The translations under genes were made by a program, and so were the position numbers. This document shows, one piece after another, positions 1 to 10,558 of a stretch of 32,000 nucleotides of DNA (position 1 is its first letter; every line of letters begins with the position of its first letter). The notes beneath the pieces were generated by a model, which saw nothing but the letters and a program-made list of their open reading frames with translations, was not told the DNA's origin and did no database searches. The DNA lies in sequence record CAXMZZ020000009.1; one strand, given 5' to 3'.

Positions 1-302
1 TTTATTGATAAACCAGCAGATAATTCCATTTTTAAAAATAAATCAATTGTTTCCATTTTTTCAGGATATAAATCAATAATTCTTTTATAACGACGAATTT
101 CAAATTGTTCTCTAGCATCTTTATCTACATGTGGAGATCTTAAAACACAATATATTCTTCTTCGCGTTGGTAATGGAATTGGACCTTTAATATTTTCTGG
201 TGGTTCGTTTCGTAAAACGATCTCTAATAAATTTTTACAAGTTTGATCTAAAATTTGGTAATCAAATGCTTGTAAGGAAACCCGAATTTTTTCTCGTGAC
301 AT
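1..302 (-). CDS. rps10: 30S ribosomal protein S10 (C-terminal end runs off the left edge of the window)
   Basis: Not in the ORF track. Hand translation from ATG at 302-300 gives [61 protein letters not shown]..., typical S10. It lies directly downstream of tufA, as in cyanobacteria and red-type plastids. Confidence 0.9.
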   Translation of the reverse strand, partial: MSREKIRVSLQAFDYQILDQTCKNLLEIVLRNEPPENIKGPIPLPTRRRIYCVLRSPHVDKDAREQFEIRRYKRIIDLYPEKMETIDLFLKMELSAGLSI

Positions 303-326
303 TTCAATATTATAGTTAGTTTAAAA

Positions 327-1559
327 TTATTGTACAATTTTTGAAACTACCCCAGCTCCAACTGTTCTACCACCTTCACGTATTGCAAATCTCATACCTT
401 CCTCAATTGCAATTGGAGAAATTAGTTCAGCATTCATTTTAATACGATCACCTGGCATAACCATTTCTACATTTTCACCTTCATCAGATGTAAATGCTAA
501 AATTTGTCCTGTTACATCAGTTGTACGAACATAAAATTGTGGTCGATAACCAGCAAAGAATGGTGTATGACGACCACCTTCATCTTTTGTTAAAATATAT
601 ACTTCTGATTCAAATTTTTTGTGAGGTGTAATTGTACCAGGTTGTGATAATACCATACCGCGTAAAATTTCCTCTTTTTGAATACCACGTAATAAAATAC
701 CAACATTATCCCCAGCTAAACCTTCATCTAAAGTTTTTTGGAACATTTCAACGCCGGTTACAGTAACTGAACGCGTTTCTTGTAAACCTACAATTTCAAT
801 AGTTTCACCTACTTTTACACAACCTCTTTCAATTCGACCTGTTGCAACTGTACCACGCCCTGTAATAGAAAAAACATCTTCAACTGCCATTAAAAAAGTT
901 TTATCAATATCACGTTCTGGAGTTGGAATATAACTATCAACAGCATCCATTAAAGCGAAAATTTTATCTACCCATTTATCATCTCCACGTTTATTTGGAT
1001 TAGCTATTGAAATAGCTTCTAAGGCTTGTAAAGCTGAACCTGCAACAATTGGAATCGAATCACCTGGGAAATCATATTCGTCTAATAATTCTCTTACTTC
1101 TAATTCAACTAATTCTAATAATTCCTCATCGTCTACTTGATCTTCTTTATTTAGAAAAACAACAATATGTGGTACACCTACTTGTTTAGCAAGTAAAATA
1201 TGTTCACGAGTTTGTGGCATAGGACCATCAGCAGCAGATACTACTAAAATTGCACCATCCATTTGTGCAGCACCTGTAATCATATTTTTAACATAATCAG
1301 CGTGACCTGGACAATCTACGTGAGCATAATGACGTTCATCTGTTTCATATTCAATATGAGCAGTATTAATTGTAATACCACGTGCACGTTCTTCAGGTGC
1401 CGCATCAATATCTTCATATTTTTTAGCAACACCTTCTGAAGAACCTAAAGCAAGAGTTGCTGTAATTGCAGCAGTTAATGTTGTTTTACCATGATCTACG
1501 TGACCAATTGTACCAATATTTACATGTGGTTTACTACGTTCAAATTTTTCACGAGCCAT
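327..1559 (-). CDS. tufA: Elongation factor Tu
   Basis: 410 aa with GTPase motifs [13 protein letters not shown] and NKED. Colinear EF-Tu sequence throughout. Confidence 0.99.
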   Translation of the reverse strand: MAREKFERSKPHVNIGTIGHVDHGKTTLTAAITATLALGSSEGVAKKYEDIDAAPEERARGITINTAHIEYETDERHYAHVDCPGHADYVKNMITGAAQMDGAILVVSAADGPMPQTREHILLAKQVGVPHIVVFLNKEDQVDDEELLELVELEVRELLDEYDFPGDSIPIVAGSALQALEAISIANPNKRGDDKWVDKIFALMDAVDSYIPTPERDIDKTFLMAVEDVFSITGRGTVATGRIERGCVKVGETIEIVGLQETRSVTVTGVEMFQKTLDEGLAGDNVGILLRGIQKEEILRGMVLSQPGTITPHKKFESEVYILTKDEGGRHTPFFAGYRPQFYVRTTDVTGQILAFTSDEGENVEMVMPGDRIKMNAELISPIAIEEGMRFAIREGGRTVGAGVVSKIVQ

Positions 1560-1588
1560 AAAGAAAATCCTTTTTTGAAATTGTTGAG

Positions 1589-1605
1589 TATATATATATA
1601 TATAT
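1589..1605. repeat. (TA)8 dinucleotide microsatellite in the rps7-tufA spacer
   Basis: TATATATATATATATAT is read directly at 1589-1605, followed by T7. Confidence 0.9.
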
Positions 1606-1656
1606 TTTTTTGAACTTTTGGCGTATTATTTAATTTTAAATAATTAGTTTAATCAA

Positions 1657-2127
1657 TTAATAACGAAAATGGGCAAATGCTTTATTTGCTTCAGCCATTT
1701 TATGGGTCTCTTCTCTTTTTCGCATAGCACTTCCTAAATTATTTGATGCATCAATAATTTCATTTGCTAATTTTATTGCTATTGTTCGTCCAGAACGAGC
1801 TCGTGCAAATTTTACTAACCAACGTAAAGACAAATTTGTTGCTCGAAATGTACTAACTTCAACTGGCACTTGATAAGTTGAACCACCAATTCTTGTTGCT
1901 TTTACTTCAACGGCTGGACTGATATTTTTTATTGCTTTTTCAAAAACTTTAAGTGGATCTTCATTTGTTCGTTGTTTAATGATATCAAAAGCTTCTTTAC
2001 AAATTTTTTGTGCTGTAGTTTTTTTACCACTTTTTAGAATTCTTACGGTCAATAAACTAACTAAATAACTGTTATAAAGAGGATCACTTAACGGAAATTT
2101 TCTTTTAGTATTATTTCGACGTGACAT
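1657..2127 (-). CDS. rps7: 30S ribosomal protein S7
   Basis: 156 aa. S7-like sequence ([26 protein letters not shown]). Sits in the str-operon position between rps12 and tufA, with no fusA, as in plastids. Confidence 0.97.
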   Translation of the reverse strand: MSRRNNTKRKFPLSDPLYNSYLVSLLTVRILKSGKKTTAQKICKEAFDIIKQRTNEDPLKVFEKAIKNISPAVEVKATRIGGSTYQVPVEVSTFRATNLSLRWLVKFARARSGRTIAIKLANEIIDASNNLGSAMRKREETHKMAEANKAFAHFRY

Positions 2128-2155
2128 ATTTATTAATAATTATATGATTTAATAT

Positions 2156-2530
2156 TTATTTTTTTGGTTTTTTTGTACCATATTTTGAACGGCCTTGTAA
2201 ACGATCTTTAACTCCAGCACTATCTAATGTGCCACGAATAATATGATATCTAACACCTGGTAAATCTTTTACACGACCACCGCGAATTAAAACAACTGAA
2301 TGTTCTTGTAAATTATGACCAATTCCCGGTATGTATGCTGTTACCTCAAAACCTGAAGTTAATCTTACTCGTGCAACTTTTCGAATAGCAGAATTAGGTT
2401 TTTTTGGAGTAGTTGTATAAACTCTTGTACAAACACCACGTCTTTGAGGACAACTTTTAAGTGCAGGTGATTTTGTTCTACGTTGTACTTTTTTTCGCGG
2501 TGATCTTACTAATTGTTGTATAGTTGGCAT
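2156..2530 (-). CDS. rps12: 30S ribosomal protein S12
   Basis: 124 aa starting MPTIQQLVR, with [36 protein letters not shown]. Near-invariant S12 sequence. Confidence 0.99.
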   Translation of the reverse strand: MPTIQQLVRSPRKKVQRRTKSPALKSCPQRRGVCTRVYTTTPKKPNSAIRKVARVRLTSGFEVTAYIPGIGHNLQEHSVVLIRGGRVKDLPGVRYHIIRGTLDSAGVKDRLQGRSKYGTKKPKK

Positions 2531-2564
2531 ATAACTAAAATATATTTGTTTGTAATAAATTTTT

Positions 2565-2780
2565 TTATTTTGCAGTTTCTAAATTATATTTTTTTAAAAA
2601 GCGTTCTACTCGCCCTTCAGTATCAATAATTCTTTGTGAACCAGTATAAAAAGGATGATTTCCTGACCAAATATCGACATGTAATTCAGGTTTAGTTGAA
2701 CCCACCGTCATAATTAATTGTCCATCACAATAAACTTTAGTATTACGAAACCATTCAGGATGAATATTTTTTTTTGGCAT
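2565..2780 (-). CDS. rpl31: 50S ribosomal protein L31
   Basis: 71 aa, [10 protein letters not shown]...HPFYTG...[10 protein letters not shown], typical L31. Confidence 0.93.
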   Translation of the reverse strand: MPKKNIHPEWFRNTKVYCDGQLIMTVGSTKPELHVDIWSGNHPFYTGSQRIIDTEGRVERFLKKYNLETAK

Positions 2781-2798
2781 ATTATAAAATAATTTAAA

Positions 2799-3218
2799 TT
2801 AACGTTTAGAGTATTGTGAAGCTTTTCGAGCTTTCTTTAAACCATATTTTTTACGTTCTTTTATGCGAGCATCACGACTTAATAAACCAGTTGGTTTTAA
2901 TAATGGTCGAAAAGTCTTTTTATCTAAATCACATAAGATTCTTGATAAAGCTAATTTAATAGCATCTGCTTGTCCTGTTAATCCACCACCACTTACTTTT
3001 GCAAAAATTTTATAATCATTTTCTAGTTCTAAAATTCTAAGGGGACGATTAATATTTTTTAAATAAGTATAATTATATTGAAAATATTCTTCACCAAGAC
3101 GTCCATTTACTTCAAATTTTGATTCTTTTGAAGTATTTAATCTTGGAACTAATGAAACAGTTGCAGTTGAAGTTTTTCTTCGACCAATAGCCGAAAGTTT
3201 AGAAATTTTATTATTCAT
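2799..3218 (-). CDS. rps9: 30S ribosomal protein S9
   Basis: C-terminal GGGLTGQADAIKLALSR...RDARIKERKKYGLKKARKASQYSKR is canonical S9. The ORF is open to 3242. I prefer the ATG at 3218 (MNNKISKLSAIGRRK), which avoids overlap with rpl13 and fits usual S9 length. The start choice is uncertain. Confidence 0.93.
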   Translation of the reverse strand: MNNKISKLSAIGRRKTSTATVSLVPRLNTSKESKFEVNGRLGEEYFQYNYTYLKNINRPLRILELENDYKIFAKVSGGGLTGQADAIKLALSRILCDLDKKTFRPLLKPTGLLSRDARIKERKKYGLKKARKASQYSKR

Positions 3219-3231
3219 TAGAATATAATGT

Positions 3232-3663
3232 TTATAAATCAATAATTTTTGGATTTTGTGCTACATGAGGATGTGTACTACCTTTATAGACTTTTAATTT
3301 TGTAAATAATTGTCTTCCTAATCGTGTTTTTGGTAGCATTCCTTTTACAGCTTTTTCAATAATTCGTTCTGGAATTCGAACTTGTAATTCATTAAAAGTT
3401 TCGATAGTTTTTCCACCAGGACGACCTGAATGTCGCATATATAATTTTTGTATCGATTTTTTACCTGAAACAACTACTTTATCTGCATTTATAACGATAA
3501 TATAATCACCAATATTTTGTGCGGGATTATAAAAAGGTTTATCTTTACCCCTTAATAATTTAACAATTTCGGTTGCTAAACGTCCTAAACATTTATCTGC
3601 GGCATCAATAATAAACCATTCAGTTTGAATAGTTTGTTTTGATAAAATGAATGTGTCCTTCAT
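3232..3663 (-). CDS. rpl13: 50S ribosomal protein L13
   Basis: 143 aa with [30 protein letters not shown], typical L13. Confidence 0.96.
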   Translation of the reverse strand: MKDTFILSKQTIQTEWFIIDAADKCLGRLATEIVKLLRGKDKPFYNPAQNIGDYIIVINADKVVVSGKKSIQKLYMRHSGRPGGKTIETFNELQVRIPERIIEKAVKGMLPKTRLGRQLFTKLKVYKGSTHPHVAQNPKIIDL

Positions 3664-3717
3664 ATTTAAAACTAATAAATTTTTTATGTGAATAATAAAT
3701 ATACATATTTCTTCAAT

Positions 3718-4632
3718 TTATTGAAGTTTAATTCCATACTTATTTTCTAATACACTTATAACTTCATGAATTGATTTATTCCCAAAATTTTTAATATCTT
3801 TTAAATCCAAAATAGAATATTTTTGTAAATCACTAACATTATTAATATTGGCTCGTTTTAAACCGTTATATGCACGTACTGAAAGATATAAATCTTCAAT
3901 AGGAATATTTAAATTATTAACTTTTTCAATTACTTCATGAGGTTTTGATATTTCTTGATTTAAATTTTTAATTGGATTAATCCAATCTAAAATAATTTGT
4001 GCTGCCTTAGAAACTGCATCATTTGGAAGAATACTTCCATTTGTCCAAACATCTAAAAGAACTGTTTCTGAATTATCAGTTATATCTTGTATAATTTCAT
4101 AATTCACTTTTCTAATCGGCATAAAAATAGCATCCACTTTTATAAAGTCTTGTGGAATATCTAATTCATTATGCTCACTTAAAACATATCCTTTTCCTTT
4201 CGCAAGTTTAACTTCAAGTTCTAAAATTGAATTATCAATAATTGTACAAATATATTCTTTTTCATTAACAATTTGAATATGCGCTTCATCAAATTGTAAA
4301 TCAGCAGCTGTAACAATTGCTGGACCCTGAACTTTTAATCTACCAAAAGATGCAGTTTCAAACTCAGTTTTAAAAATTATTCCTTTTAAATTTAATAAAA
4401 TTTCTAATATATCTTCTCTTAATCCAGGTAATGTTGAAAATTCATGATTTATACCAGCAAATCTAACACCAACAATACTTGTACTTGATAAACTTTTTAA
4501 TAAAACTCGACGAAGAATATTACCAATAGTAATACCATGTCCAACCTCTATTGATTTAAATACAAAACGTCCAAAAAATTCAGTTGGAATATCTAGGTTT
4601 AATTCGACGCAATTAAATTGAAAAGATGACAT
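3718..4632 (-). CDS. rpoA: DNA-directed RNA polymerase alpha subunit
   Basis: 304 aa with GHGITIGNILRRVLL, INHEFSTLPGLREDILEILLNLK and a C-terminal LSVRAYNGLKRANI helix-hairpin-helix. Sits in the alpha-operon position. Confidence 0.96.
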   Translation of the reverse strand: MSSFQFNCVELNLDIPTEFFGRFVFKSIEVGHGITIGNILRRVLLKSLSSTSIVGVRFAGINHEFSTLPGLREDILEILLNLKGIIFKTEFETASFGRLKVQGPAIVTAADLQFDEAHIQIVNEKEYICTIIDNSILELEVKLAKGKGYVLSEHNELDIPQDFIKVDAIFMPIRKVNYEIIQDITDNSETVLLDVWTNGSILPNDAVSKAAQIILDWINPIKNLNQEISKPHEVIEKVNNLNIPIEDLYLSVRAYNGLKRANINNVSDLQKYSILDLKDIKNFGNKSIHEVISVLENKYGIKLQ

Positions 4633-4649
4633 GATACCTCGTTATTTGT

Positions 4650-5030
4650 CTATACACGTCTACGTTTTGGTGGGCGACAACCATTGTATGGTACAGGAGT
4701 AATATCTTTTATTGATAATATATCAATACCTGTTGCTTGTAATGCTCGAATAGCCGTTTCTCGACCAGAACCTTGTCCTTTTACCAAAATTTCAACAGTT
4801 TTTAAACCATAATCCATTGCTTGTAATGTTGCTTTTTCACATGCCATTTGAGCAGCAAATGGAGTACTTTTTCGTGCTCCTTTAAAACCTGCACATCCTG
4901 ATGAGGCCCATGATAAGGTATTACCATTTAAATCAGTAACGGTTACAATTGTGTTATTAAATGTTGATTGAATATGTACAACGCCTGCTGTAATATTACG
5001 TTTTGTTTTCTTTTTTACCTTTTTTATCAT
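4650..5030 (-). CDS. rps11: 30S ribosomal protein S11
   Basis: 126 aa with [42 protein letters not shown] and [20 protein letters not shown]. Confidence 0.98.
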   Translation of the reverse strand: MIKKVKKKTKRNITAGVVHIQSTFNNTIVTVTDLNGNTLSWASSGCAGFKGARKSTPFAAQMACEKATLQAMDYGLKTVEILVKGQGSGRETAIRALQATGIDILSIKDITPVPYNGCRPPKRRRV

Positions 5031-5064
5031 AATTGTTTCTAAGAAATTTTATTGAATTATAATA

Positions 5065-5436
5065 TTATTTTTTCTTGCCCGAAATAGTTTTTTTGCCACC
5101 TCTTCTTGTTCGAGCATTTGTTCTTGTTCTTTGTCCACGAACAGGTAATCCAACTCTATGACGACGACCTTTTATACAACCTATTTCCATTAATCTTTTA
5201 ACACTTAGAGTCGTTAATCGACGTAAATCACCTTCTAATTGATAATCTTCTTCTAATATTTTTCTTATTGTACTAACATCAGTATCTGATAAATCTTTTG
5301 TTCTTAAAGCTTCGTTATCAATATTAGCTTTTTCTAATATTTCTTGAGCTCTTGATAAACCAATACCATAAATTGACATTAAAGCATATTTAATACGTTT
5401 ATTTTGTGGTAAATCCACACCAACAAGTCTAACCAC
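5065..5436 (-). CDS. rps13: 30S ribosomal protein S13 (GTG start)
   Basis: 123 aa, (M)VRLVGVDLP...[26 protein letters not shown]. The start codon read from the sequence is GTG (complement of 5434-5436). An AAGGAG Shine-Dalgarno sequence lies 5 nt upstream. Confidence 0.96.
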   Translation of the reverse strand: MVRLVGVDLPQNKRIKYALMSIYGIGLSRAQEILEKANIDNEALRTKDLSDTDVSTIRKILEEDYQLEGDLRRLTTLSVKRLMEIGCIKGRRHRVGLPVRGQRTRTNARTRRGGKKTISGKKK

Positions 5437-5470
5437 TTTTAACTCCTTAACTAAATAACTAAATTAAAAT

Positions 5471-5587
5471 TTAACCTTGTCTTTGTTTATGTTTTGGGTT
5501 ACTACTACAGATTACTCGTATTTTACCATGACGTTTTATTACCCTACATTTTTCACACATTTTCTTTACAGAAGCTCTTACTTTCAT
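5471..5587 (-). CDS. rpl36: 50S ribosomal protein L36
   Basis: Not in the ORF track because it is too short. Hand translation gives [38 protein letters not shown] (38 aa), the canonical L36 zinc-ribbon sequence. Sits in the expected secY-rpl36-rps13 position. Confidence 0.95.
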   Translation of the reverse strand: MKVRASVKKMCEKCRVIKRHGKIRVICSSNPKHKQRQG

Positions 5588-5605
5588 ATAATTTCCTTTT
5601 TTTAA

Positions 5606-6931
5606 TTAAATAATTTTCTCGTTATCATTTAAAAAACTACGAATTCTTCGAACTGTATCAATTAAAACATTAACTAAAATAAGTTGCGAGGTTAAACCAA
5701 ATCCTTGTAAATTTAAACCCGATGATTTTAAGCCAATTTCTAGACCATTTAAGCAAATGATAATACTAACTAAAAAAAGAGCATTAATACCAGTAATACG
5801 TTTTAATGTTTGTGTTAAATATTGTTTTGTTGAATTACCAGGTGGAATATTTTTAATTGTTACAGAATTTTTTCTAAATTGTTCAGCAACATCTTTTGGA
5901 TCTAATATTAATGTTGAATAAAAATAAGTAAAGAAAAATATTAAACCTCCGTAGAATCCCCAATTAATAACTTTTTGTATAATAAAAATTATTGTATTTT
6001 CATTATTTTTATTAATTAATTCTTGTAAAAATAATATATTATTAAATTGATTTCCTAATAATTTTATACCTGAGGTAAATAATACCATTAAGGAAGATGT
6101 AAAAATTAATGGCATTATTCCAGCTTGATTAATTCTAAGTGGTAAAACAGTTGTATTATTGCTTAATTTTATATCTGTAAAATTTTGGCTACGTAATAAT
6201 TGTTTTGCAGATATTAAAGGAATTTTAATAACAGCCTCATTAACTAAAACGCACGCTATTGTTGTTAATAAAAAAACAGAAAAAAATAATAAAAGTACGA
6301 TTGCGTTTAAATTATTATTTTCTCCTAAAGAAAAAAATAATTTTTTTACTTGAGAAGGTAAATTACAAACAATATTAAAACAAATTACTAAAGAAGAGCC
6401 ATTTCCAAGACCATTTCTTGTTATTAATTCACTAAACCATAATACAATCATTGATCCAGTAATTAATGTTAAACTAATTTGTGCTGCTGTTAATAAATTC
6501 CAATCAAAAATTAATGATTTCAAACTATAAGTAACTGTAATACTTTCAATAATTGCCCAAAAAAATGTCAAATAACGAGTATAATCAGTAATTTTACGAC
6601 GCCCATACTCACCTTCTTCTTTTTGTAATTTTGTTAAAGATGGTAAAAGTGTTGTAAGTAATTGCATAATAATAGATGCATTAATATAAGGCAAAATACC
6701 AAGACTAAATAATCCAAAAGATGTATTTGTACCACCTGAAAAAGTTGTAATTAAACTAGCTATGGTATTTGTCGAAGAACTTTGATTTTCGATTAAGTTT
6801 TTAAAAGTTTCTCTGTCAATAAATGGTAATGGAATAAAATTTCCAAGTCGAATAATTGTTAATAAACTAATTGTTAAAATTATTCTTTCTTTTAATGATC
6901 TTTCTTTATTTGTTTGAAAATTTGTATTCAT
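5606..6931 (-). CDS. secY: Preprotein translocase subunit SecY
   Basis: 441 aa polytopic membrane protein. Contains SecY-like blocks (FSLGILPYINASIIMQLL, GEYGRRKI..YTRYLT, NQAGIMPLIF). Sits at the end of the spc-type cluster. Confidence 0.93.
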   Translation of the reverse strand: MNTNFQTNKERSLKERIILTISLLTIIRLGNFIPLPFIDRETFKNLIENQSSSTNTIASLITTFSGGTNTSFGLFSLGILPYINASIIMQLLTTLLPSLTKLQKEEGEYGRRKITDYTRYLTFFWAIIESITVTYSLKSLIFDWNLLTAAQISLTLITGSMIVLWFSELITRNGLGNGSSLVICFNIVCNLPSQVKKLFFSLGENNNLNAIVLLLFFSVFLLTTIACVLVNEAVIKIPLISAKQLLRSQNFTDIKLSNNTTVLPLRINQAGIMPLIFTSSLMVLFTSGIKLLGNQFNNILFLQELINKNNENTIIFIIQKVINWGFYGGLIFFFTYFYSTLILDPKDVAEQFRKNSVTIKNIPPGNSTKQYLTQTLKRITGINALFLVSIIICLNGLEIGLKSSGLNLQGFGLTSQLILVNVLIDTVRRIRSFLNDNEKII

Positions 6932-6979
6932 TAAAAATTTAAATAAAATTTTTTCTTGTCAGACAAAAACTAAAATAAT

Positions 6980-7546
6980 TTAATTTGAATTATAAAGTTG
7001 TTCTAAAGGAATTTGACGCTCTTGCGCTACTTGTTTAAGTGTTTTTAACGATTTTAATGCTAAAATTGTTGCTCGCGCATTATTCAATAAATTATTAGAT
7101 CCAAGTTGTTTAGCTAAAATATTTTTAATTCCTGCTAATTCTAAAACAATACGAATTGAACTCCCAGCGATAACACCTGTACCTGGACCTGCTGGTTTAA
7201 TTAAAACATTTGAGGCTCCATCTATTCCTTTAACTAAATGAGGAATAGTATTTGTTTTTGTTAAAGGAATTGTTATTATATTTTTTCGAGCATCATTAAC
7301 AGCTTTTTTAACAGCTGTACTAACTTCGTCTGCTTTTCCAACACCAACACCAACTTGGCTATTTTGATTACCAACAATTACTGTTGCACGAAAACTTAAT
7401 TTTTTTCCCCCTTTAACAACTTTTGATACTCTTTTAATTTGCACCAATCTTTGTTCTAAACGATTTGATGCTCCACGATCTTTCTTTTGTCTTTGAATTC
7501 GATTTGTCGTTTTTGGAGTTTCTAATGGATTTAAATTACTTACCAT
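6980..7546 (-). CDS. rps5: 30S ribosomal protein S5
   Basis: 188 aa with [34 protein letters not shown] and [26 protein letters not shown]. Confidence 0.96.
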   Translation of the reverse strand: MVSNLNPLETPKTTNRIQRQKKDRGASNRLEQRLVQIKRVSKVVKGGKKLSFRATVIVGNQNSQVGVGVGKADEVSTAVKKAVNDARKNIITIPLTKTNTIPHLVKGIDGASNVLIKPAGPGTGVIAGSSIRIVLELAGIKNILAKQLGSNNLLNNARATILALKSLKTLKQVAQERQIPLEQLYNSN

Positions 7547-7582
7547 AAATTTGATTAATTAATATTTTAGGTTTACAAAATT

Positions 7583-7912
7583 CTAAAATTTGATACCACC
7601 GATTCTAGTACCTTCTGCTAATGCTTTAATACGTCCATGATATGGTTTATTACCACGATCAAAAACGACTTTAGTAATATTTTTTTCAATCAATTTTTTT
7701 GCTAAATTTTCTCCAACACATCTTGCTGCCTCAATATTCATTGTATTTGATAATTCTTTTTGGACACTAGATTCTAACGTTGAACATGATACTAATGTAT
7801 GTGAACAACTATCATCAATTATCTGAGCATAAATATGTTTATTTGAGCGAAAAACAACTAGACGTGGTGTTTCTGTTGTACCTTTAATAACTTTTTTTTG
7901 TCTTTTAGCCAT
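7583..7912 (-). CDS. rpl18: 50S ribosomal protein L18
   Basis: 109 aa with PRLVVFRSNKHIYAQIIDD and VVFDRG...YHGRIKALAEGTR.GG..F. Its ATG overlaps the rpl6 stop by 1 nt (TAATG). Confidence 0.95.
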   Translation of the reverse strand: MAKRQKKVIKGTTETPRLVVFRSNKHIYAQIIDDSCSHTLVSCSTLESSVQKELSNTMNIEAARCVGENLAKKLIEKNITKVVFDRGNKPYHGRIKALAEGTRIGGIKF

Positions 7913-8448
7913 TATTTTCCAGATTTTCCAACTTTACGTTTAATAATTTCATTTTGATATAGAATGCCTTTACCTTTATAAGGTTCAGGTGGTCTTTTAC
8001 TACGAATAGTAGCAGCAAGTTGCCCAACAGCCTCTTTATCGATTCCTTTAAGAATAATTACAGTATTTCCTTCCATTGTAATTTCAACATCATTTGGTGG
8101 TTTAATTGTAACTAAATGACTATATCCTAAATTTAAAATAAGATCTTTTCCTTTAACTTGACCACGATAACCAACACCATTAATAATTAATCGACGTTCA
8201 AATTTTTGTGAAACTCCAATTACCATATTATTCACTAAGGAACGTGATAAGCCATATAATTGTTTTGCTAAACGTGACTCAATTTTTTTTGTTAAAACAA
8301 GTGTTTCATCTTTTTTTTCAATCTGAATAGAATCTGATAAGATTCTACTTAATTCCCCATAAGGTCCTTTTACATTAATTGTTTGTCCATCAATTTTAAC
8401 TTCAACTTTAGCAGGTATATTGATTGGTAACTTTCCAATTCTTGACAT
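7912..8448 (-). CDS. rpl6: 50S ribosomal protein L6
   Basis: MSRIGKLPINIPAKVEV...GVGYRG...PPEPYKGKGI is typical L6. The ORF track extends to 8478, but the ATG at 8448 has a GAGGA Shine-Dalgarno sequence a few nt upstream and does not overlap rps8. Confidence 0.94.
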   Translation of the reverse strand: MSRIGKLPINIPAKVEVKIDGQTINVKGPYGELSRILSDSIQIEKKDETLVLTKKIESRLAKQLYGLSRSLVNNMVIGVSQKFERRLIINGVGYRGQVKGKDLILNLGYSHLVTIKPPNDVEITMEGNTVIILKGIDKEAVGQLAATIRSKRPPEPYKGKGILYQNEIIKRKVGKSGK

Positions 8449-8462
8449 AGTTTTATCCTCTT

Positions 8463-8867
8463 TTACCAAATATAACAAATAACCTCGCCACCAAGTCCTA
8501 ATGATTTTGCTGTTCGATTCGTCATAAGACCTTTCGAAGTCGATAAAATAGCTGTACCAATATTTCCTAAAACATCTGGTATATTATTTTTTCCGACATA
8601 AATTCTTAAACCTGGTTTACTTACTCTTTTTATAGCTGTTATAACAGGTTCTCTATTTTTATTTGAAGAATATCTTAAACAAATTAATATATATTTTCGA
8701 TTTTGTTCAGTAAATTCTTCAAATTCTTCAATATAACCTTCTTCTTTTAATAATTTTGCAATTGCACTTGTTATTTTTGTACCGGGCACTTGTACAATAT
8801 GATGACGAACAAGATTTGCATTTCTTATTCGAGTTAGCATATCTGAAATAGTATCTGTACTCACCAA
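8463..8867 (-). CDS. rps8: 30S ribosomal protein S8 (non-ATG start)
   Basis: TISDMLTRIRNA...GGEVICYIW is canonical S8. The 5' end reads AGGAG-TTT-TTG-GTG-AGT, so initiation is at TTG (8867) or more likely GTG (8864). No ATG is available. Confidence 0.95.
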   Translation of the reverse strand: MVSTDTISDMLTRIRNANLVRHHIVQVPGTKITSAIAKLLKEEGYIEEFEEFTEQNRKYILICLRYSSNKNREPVITAIKRVSKPGLRIYVGKNNIPDVLGNIGTAILSTSKGLMTNRTAKSLGLGGEVICYIW

Positions 8868-8878
8868 AAACTCCTATT

Positions 8879-9436
8879 TTAATTTGTTAACGGAAATCCA
8901 AATTCACGAAGTAACGCTTCACCTTCTTCTTTTGTTTTGGCAGTTGTTACTATAGAAATATTTAAACCTCGAGTCTTATCGATTTCTTCGAAATTCACTT
9001 CCGGAAAAACTAATTGTTCACGTAAGCTAAAATTATAATTTCCATCTCGATCAAATCCATTTGGTGATAAACCACGAAAATCACGAATACGTGGTAATAC
9101 TAAATGGATTAATTTTTCAAAAAATGCATATAATTTTTCACGTCTTAATGTAACTGTCACACCTAAATTCATATCTTCACGTAATTTAAATGTAGCAATA
9201 GAATTTTTGGATTTTGTTACAATTGGTTGTTGTCCTGTAATACTCTTGATTTCTCCAATTGTCTTATTCAAAATTGAGGTATTTTGTGCATCTAAGCCTA
9301 ATCCTCTATTTATTTGAATTTTAGATAATTTTGGAACTTCGTGAATATTTTTATAATTAAATTTTTTATTTAAATTTGGAATTACTTTTTGTTTATAAGT
9401 TTCAATTAGTGTTTGTGAAGTATTTTTAGTTTCCAT
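8879..9436 (-). CDS. rpl5: 50S ribosomal protein L5
   Basis: 185 aa with N.HEVPKL.KI.INRGLG and FDRDGNYNFSLREQLVFPE, in the spc position. Confidence 0.96.
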   Translation of the reverse strand: METKNTSQTLIETYKQKVIPNLNKKFNYKNIHEVPKLSKIQINRGLGLDAQNTSILNKTIGEIKSITGQQPIVTKSKNSIATFKLREDMNLGVTVTLRREKLYAFFEKLIHLVLPRIRDFRGLSPNGFDRDGNYNFSLREQLVFPEVNFEEIDKTRGLNISIVTTAKTKEEGEALLREFGFPLTN

Positions 9437-9444
9437 TTAAAATT

Positions 9445-9690
9445 TTATTCCTCATATTTTGATACATTAGAACTATGAATTGGAAATTCTATTTGTTTTA
9501 TTTCACCTGTTTCACCTTGACGATTAGGTTTTATATGTTTTATTTTTATATTTACACCTTCAATAATAACTTTATTTTGTTTTCGTAAAACAGTTTTTAC
9601 GACGCCTATTTTACCTTTATCTTTTCCAGAAATAACTTTAATGTTATCACCAACTTTAACGTGTATTTTTAGTAATTTTTTTTGTTTCAT
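9445..9690 (-). CDS. rpl24: 50S ribosomal protein L24
   Basis: 81 aa with KOW motif VKVGDNIKVISGKDKGKIGVV. Its ATG directly abuts the rpl14 stop (TAAATG). Confidence 0.9.
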   Translation of the reverse strand: MKQKKLLKIHVKVGDNIKVISGKDKGKIGVVKTVLRKQNKVIIEGVNIKIKHIKPNRQGETGEIKQIEFPIHSSNVSKYEE

Positions 9691-10056
9691 TTAAATTACC
9701 TCTGGTGCTAGTGAAACAATTTTTGTGAAATCTTTATCTCTAATTTCTCGTGCAATCGGACCAAAAATTCTAGTTCCACGAGGATTTTTTTCTAAATTAA
9801 TTAAAACTGATGCATTATCATCAAATCTAATACTTGTTCCATCATTTCTACGAATTTCTTTTTTTGTTCGAACAATAACAGCACGAACAATATCTGATCG
9901 TTTTACACCCATATTTGGAGTCGCTTCTTTTACGACAGCAATTATAATATCACCAATTTTTGCATAACGACGATTACTACCTAGTACACGAATACACATA
10001 ATTTTTTTTGCACCTGTGTTATCAGCGACTGTTAAATAAGTTTGAGTTTGTATCAT
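9691..10056 (-). CDS. rpl14: 50S ribosomal protein L14
   Basis: 121 aa, [26 protein letters not shown]...IRFDDNA.VLI...[15 protein letters not shown]. Confidence 0.98.
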   Translation of the reverse strand: MIQTQTYLTVADNTGAKKIMCIRVLGSNRRYAKIGDIIIAVVKEATPNMGVKRSDIVRAVIVRTKKEIRRNDGTSIRFDDNASVLINLEKNPRGTRIFGPIAREIRDKDFTKIVSLAPEVI

Positions 10057-10074
10057 TATGAACTTTTTTTCTTT

Positions 10075-10329
10075 TTAATTAGATAGTATTGATTTATTTA
10101 AAATTTGTTTAATAGTCCAATGCTTTCTTTTACTTAATGGTCTTGTTTCTTCTAATAAAACTTGGTCACCAACCTTACATTCATTATTTTCATCATGTGC
10201 CATATAACGTTTTGTACGACTAATAATTTTAGAATAAATTGGATGACGATATTTATATTCAACAGCAACAACAACCGTTTTATGCATTTTTGTACTTACA
10301 ACTAGACCAATTTTTTCTTTTGCTGCCAT
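10075..10329 (-). CDS. rps17: 30S ribosomal protein S17
   Basis: 84 aa with [14 protein letters not shown]....HP.Y.K and [15 protein letters not shown]...ETRPLSK.K.W. Confidence 0.95.
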   Translation of the reverse strand: MAAKEKIGLVVSTKMHKTVVVAVEYKYRHPIYSKIISRTKRYMAHDENNECKVGDQVLLEETRPLSKRKHWTIKQILNKSILSN

Positions 10330-10332
10330 GAA

Positions 10333-10542
10333 TTAGTCCTTAATTAAAAATAATCTTTGGTTTTTAACCATTAACAATTGAGATAATCGATGTTTTGCAT
10401 GTTTAAATGAATGAGGTTTAAAAGATTGCCTTGTTGCAGATTTAAGACGTAATTCAAATAATTGTTTTTTACTATTAACAATTTCACGGTCTAATTCTTC
10501 ATCCGTTAAACTTATAATTTCTTTAATTTTTGGTAAACTCAT
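10333..10542 (-). CDS. rpl29: 50S ribosomal protein L29
   Basis: 69 aa helical protein (LTDEELDREIVNSKKQLFELRLKSATRQ), in the conserved position between rpl16 and rps17. Confidence 0.88.
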   Translation of the reverse strand: MSLPKIKEIISLTDEELDREIVNSKKQLFELRLKSATRQSFKPHSFKHAKHRLSQLLMVKNQRLFLIKD

Positions 10543-10558
10543 TAGATTTTCGATATTT

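Noticed and set aside
6159-6353. 64-aa plus-strand ORF inside secY.
   Set aside because: It is antisense to a well-supported gene, has a low-complexity translation, and has no Shine-Dalgarno sequence. This is a typical shadow ORF of AT-biased codon usage.
8449-8478. Ten-codon upstream extension of rpl6 (MLYLVKEDKT), and similar extensions of rps9 (3219-3242) and rpl23 (13560-13574).
   Set aside because: The conserved N-termini begin at the internal ATGs. For rpl6 a GAGGA Shine-Dalgarno sequence precedes the internal ATG, and the longer form would overlap rps8.
9725-9967. 80-aa plus-strand ORF inside rpl14.
   Set aside because: Antisense shadow ORF within a highly conserved ribosomal protein gene.
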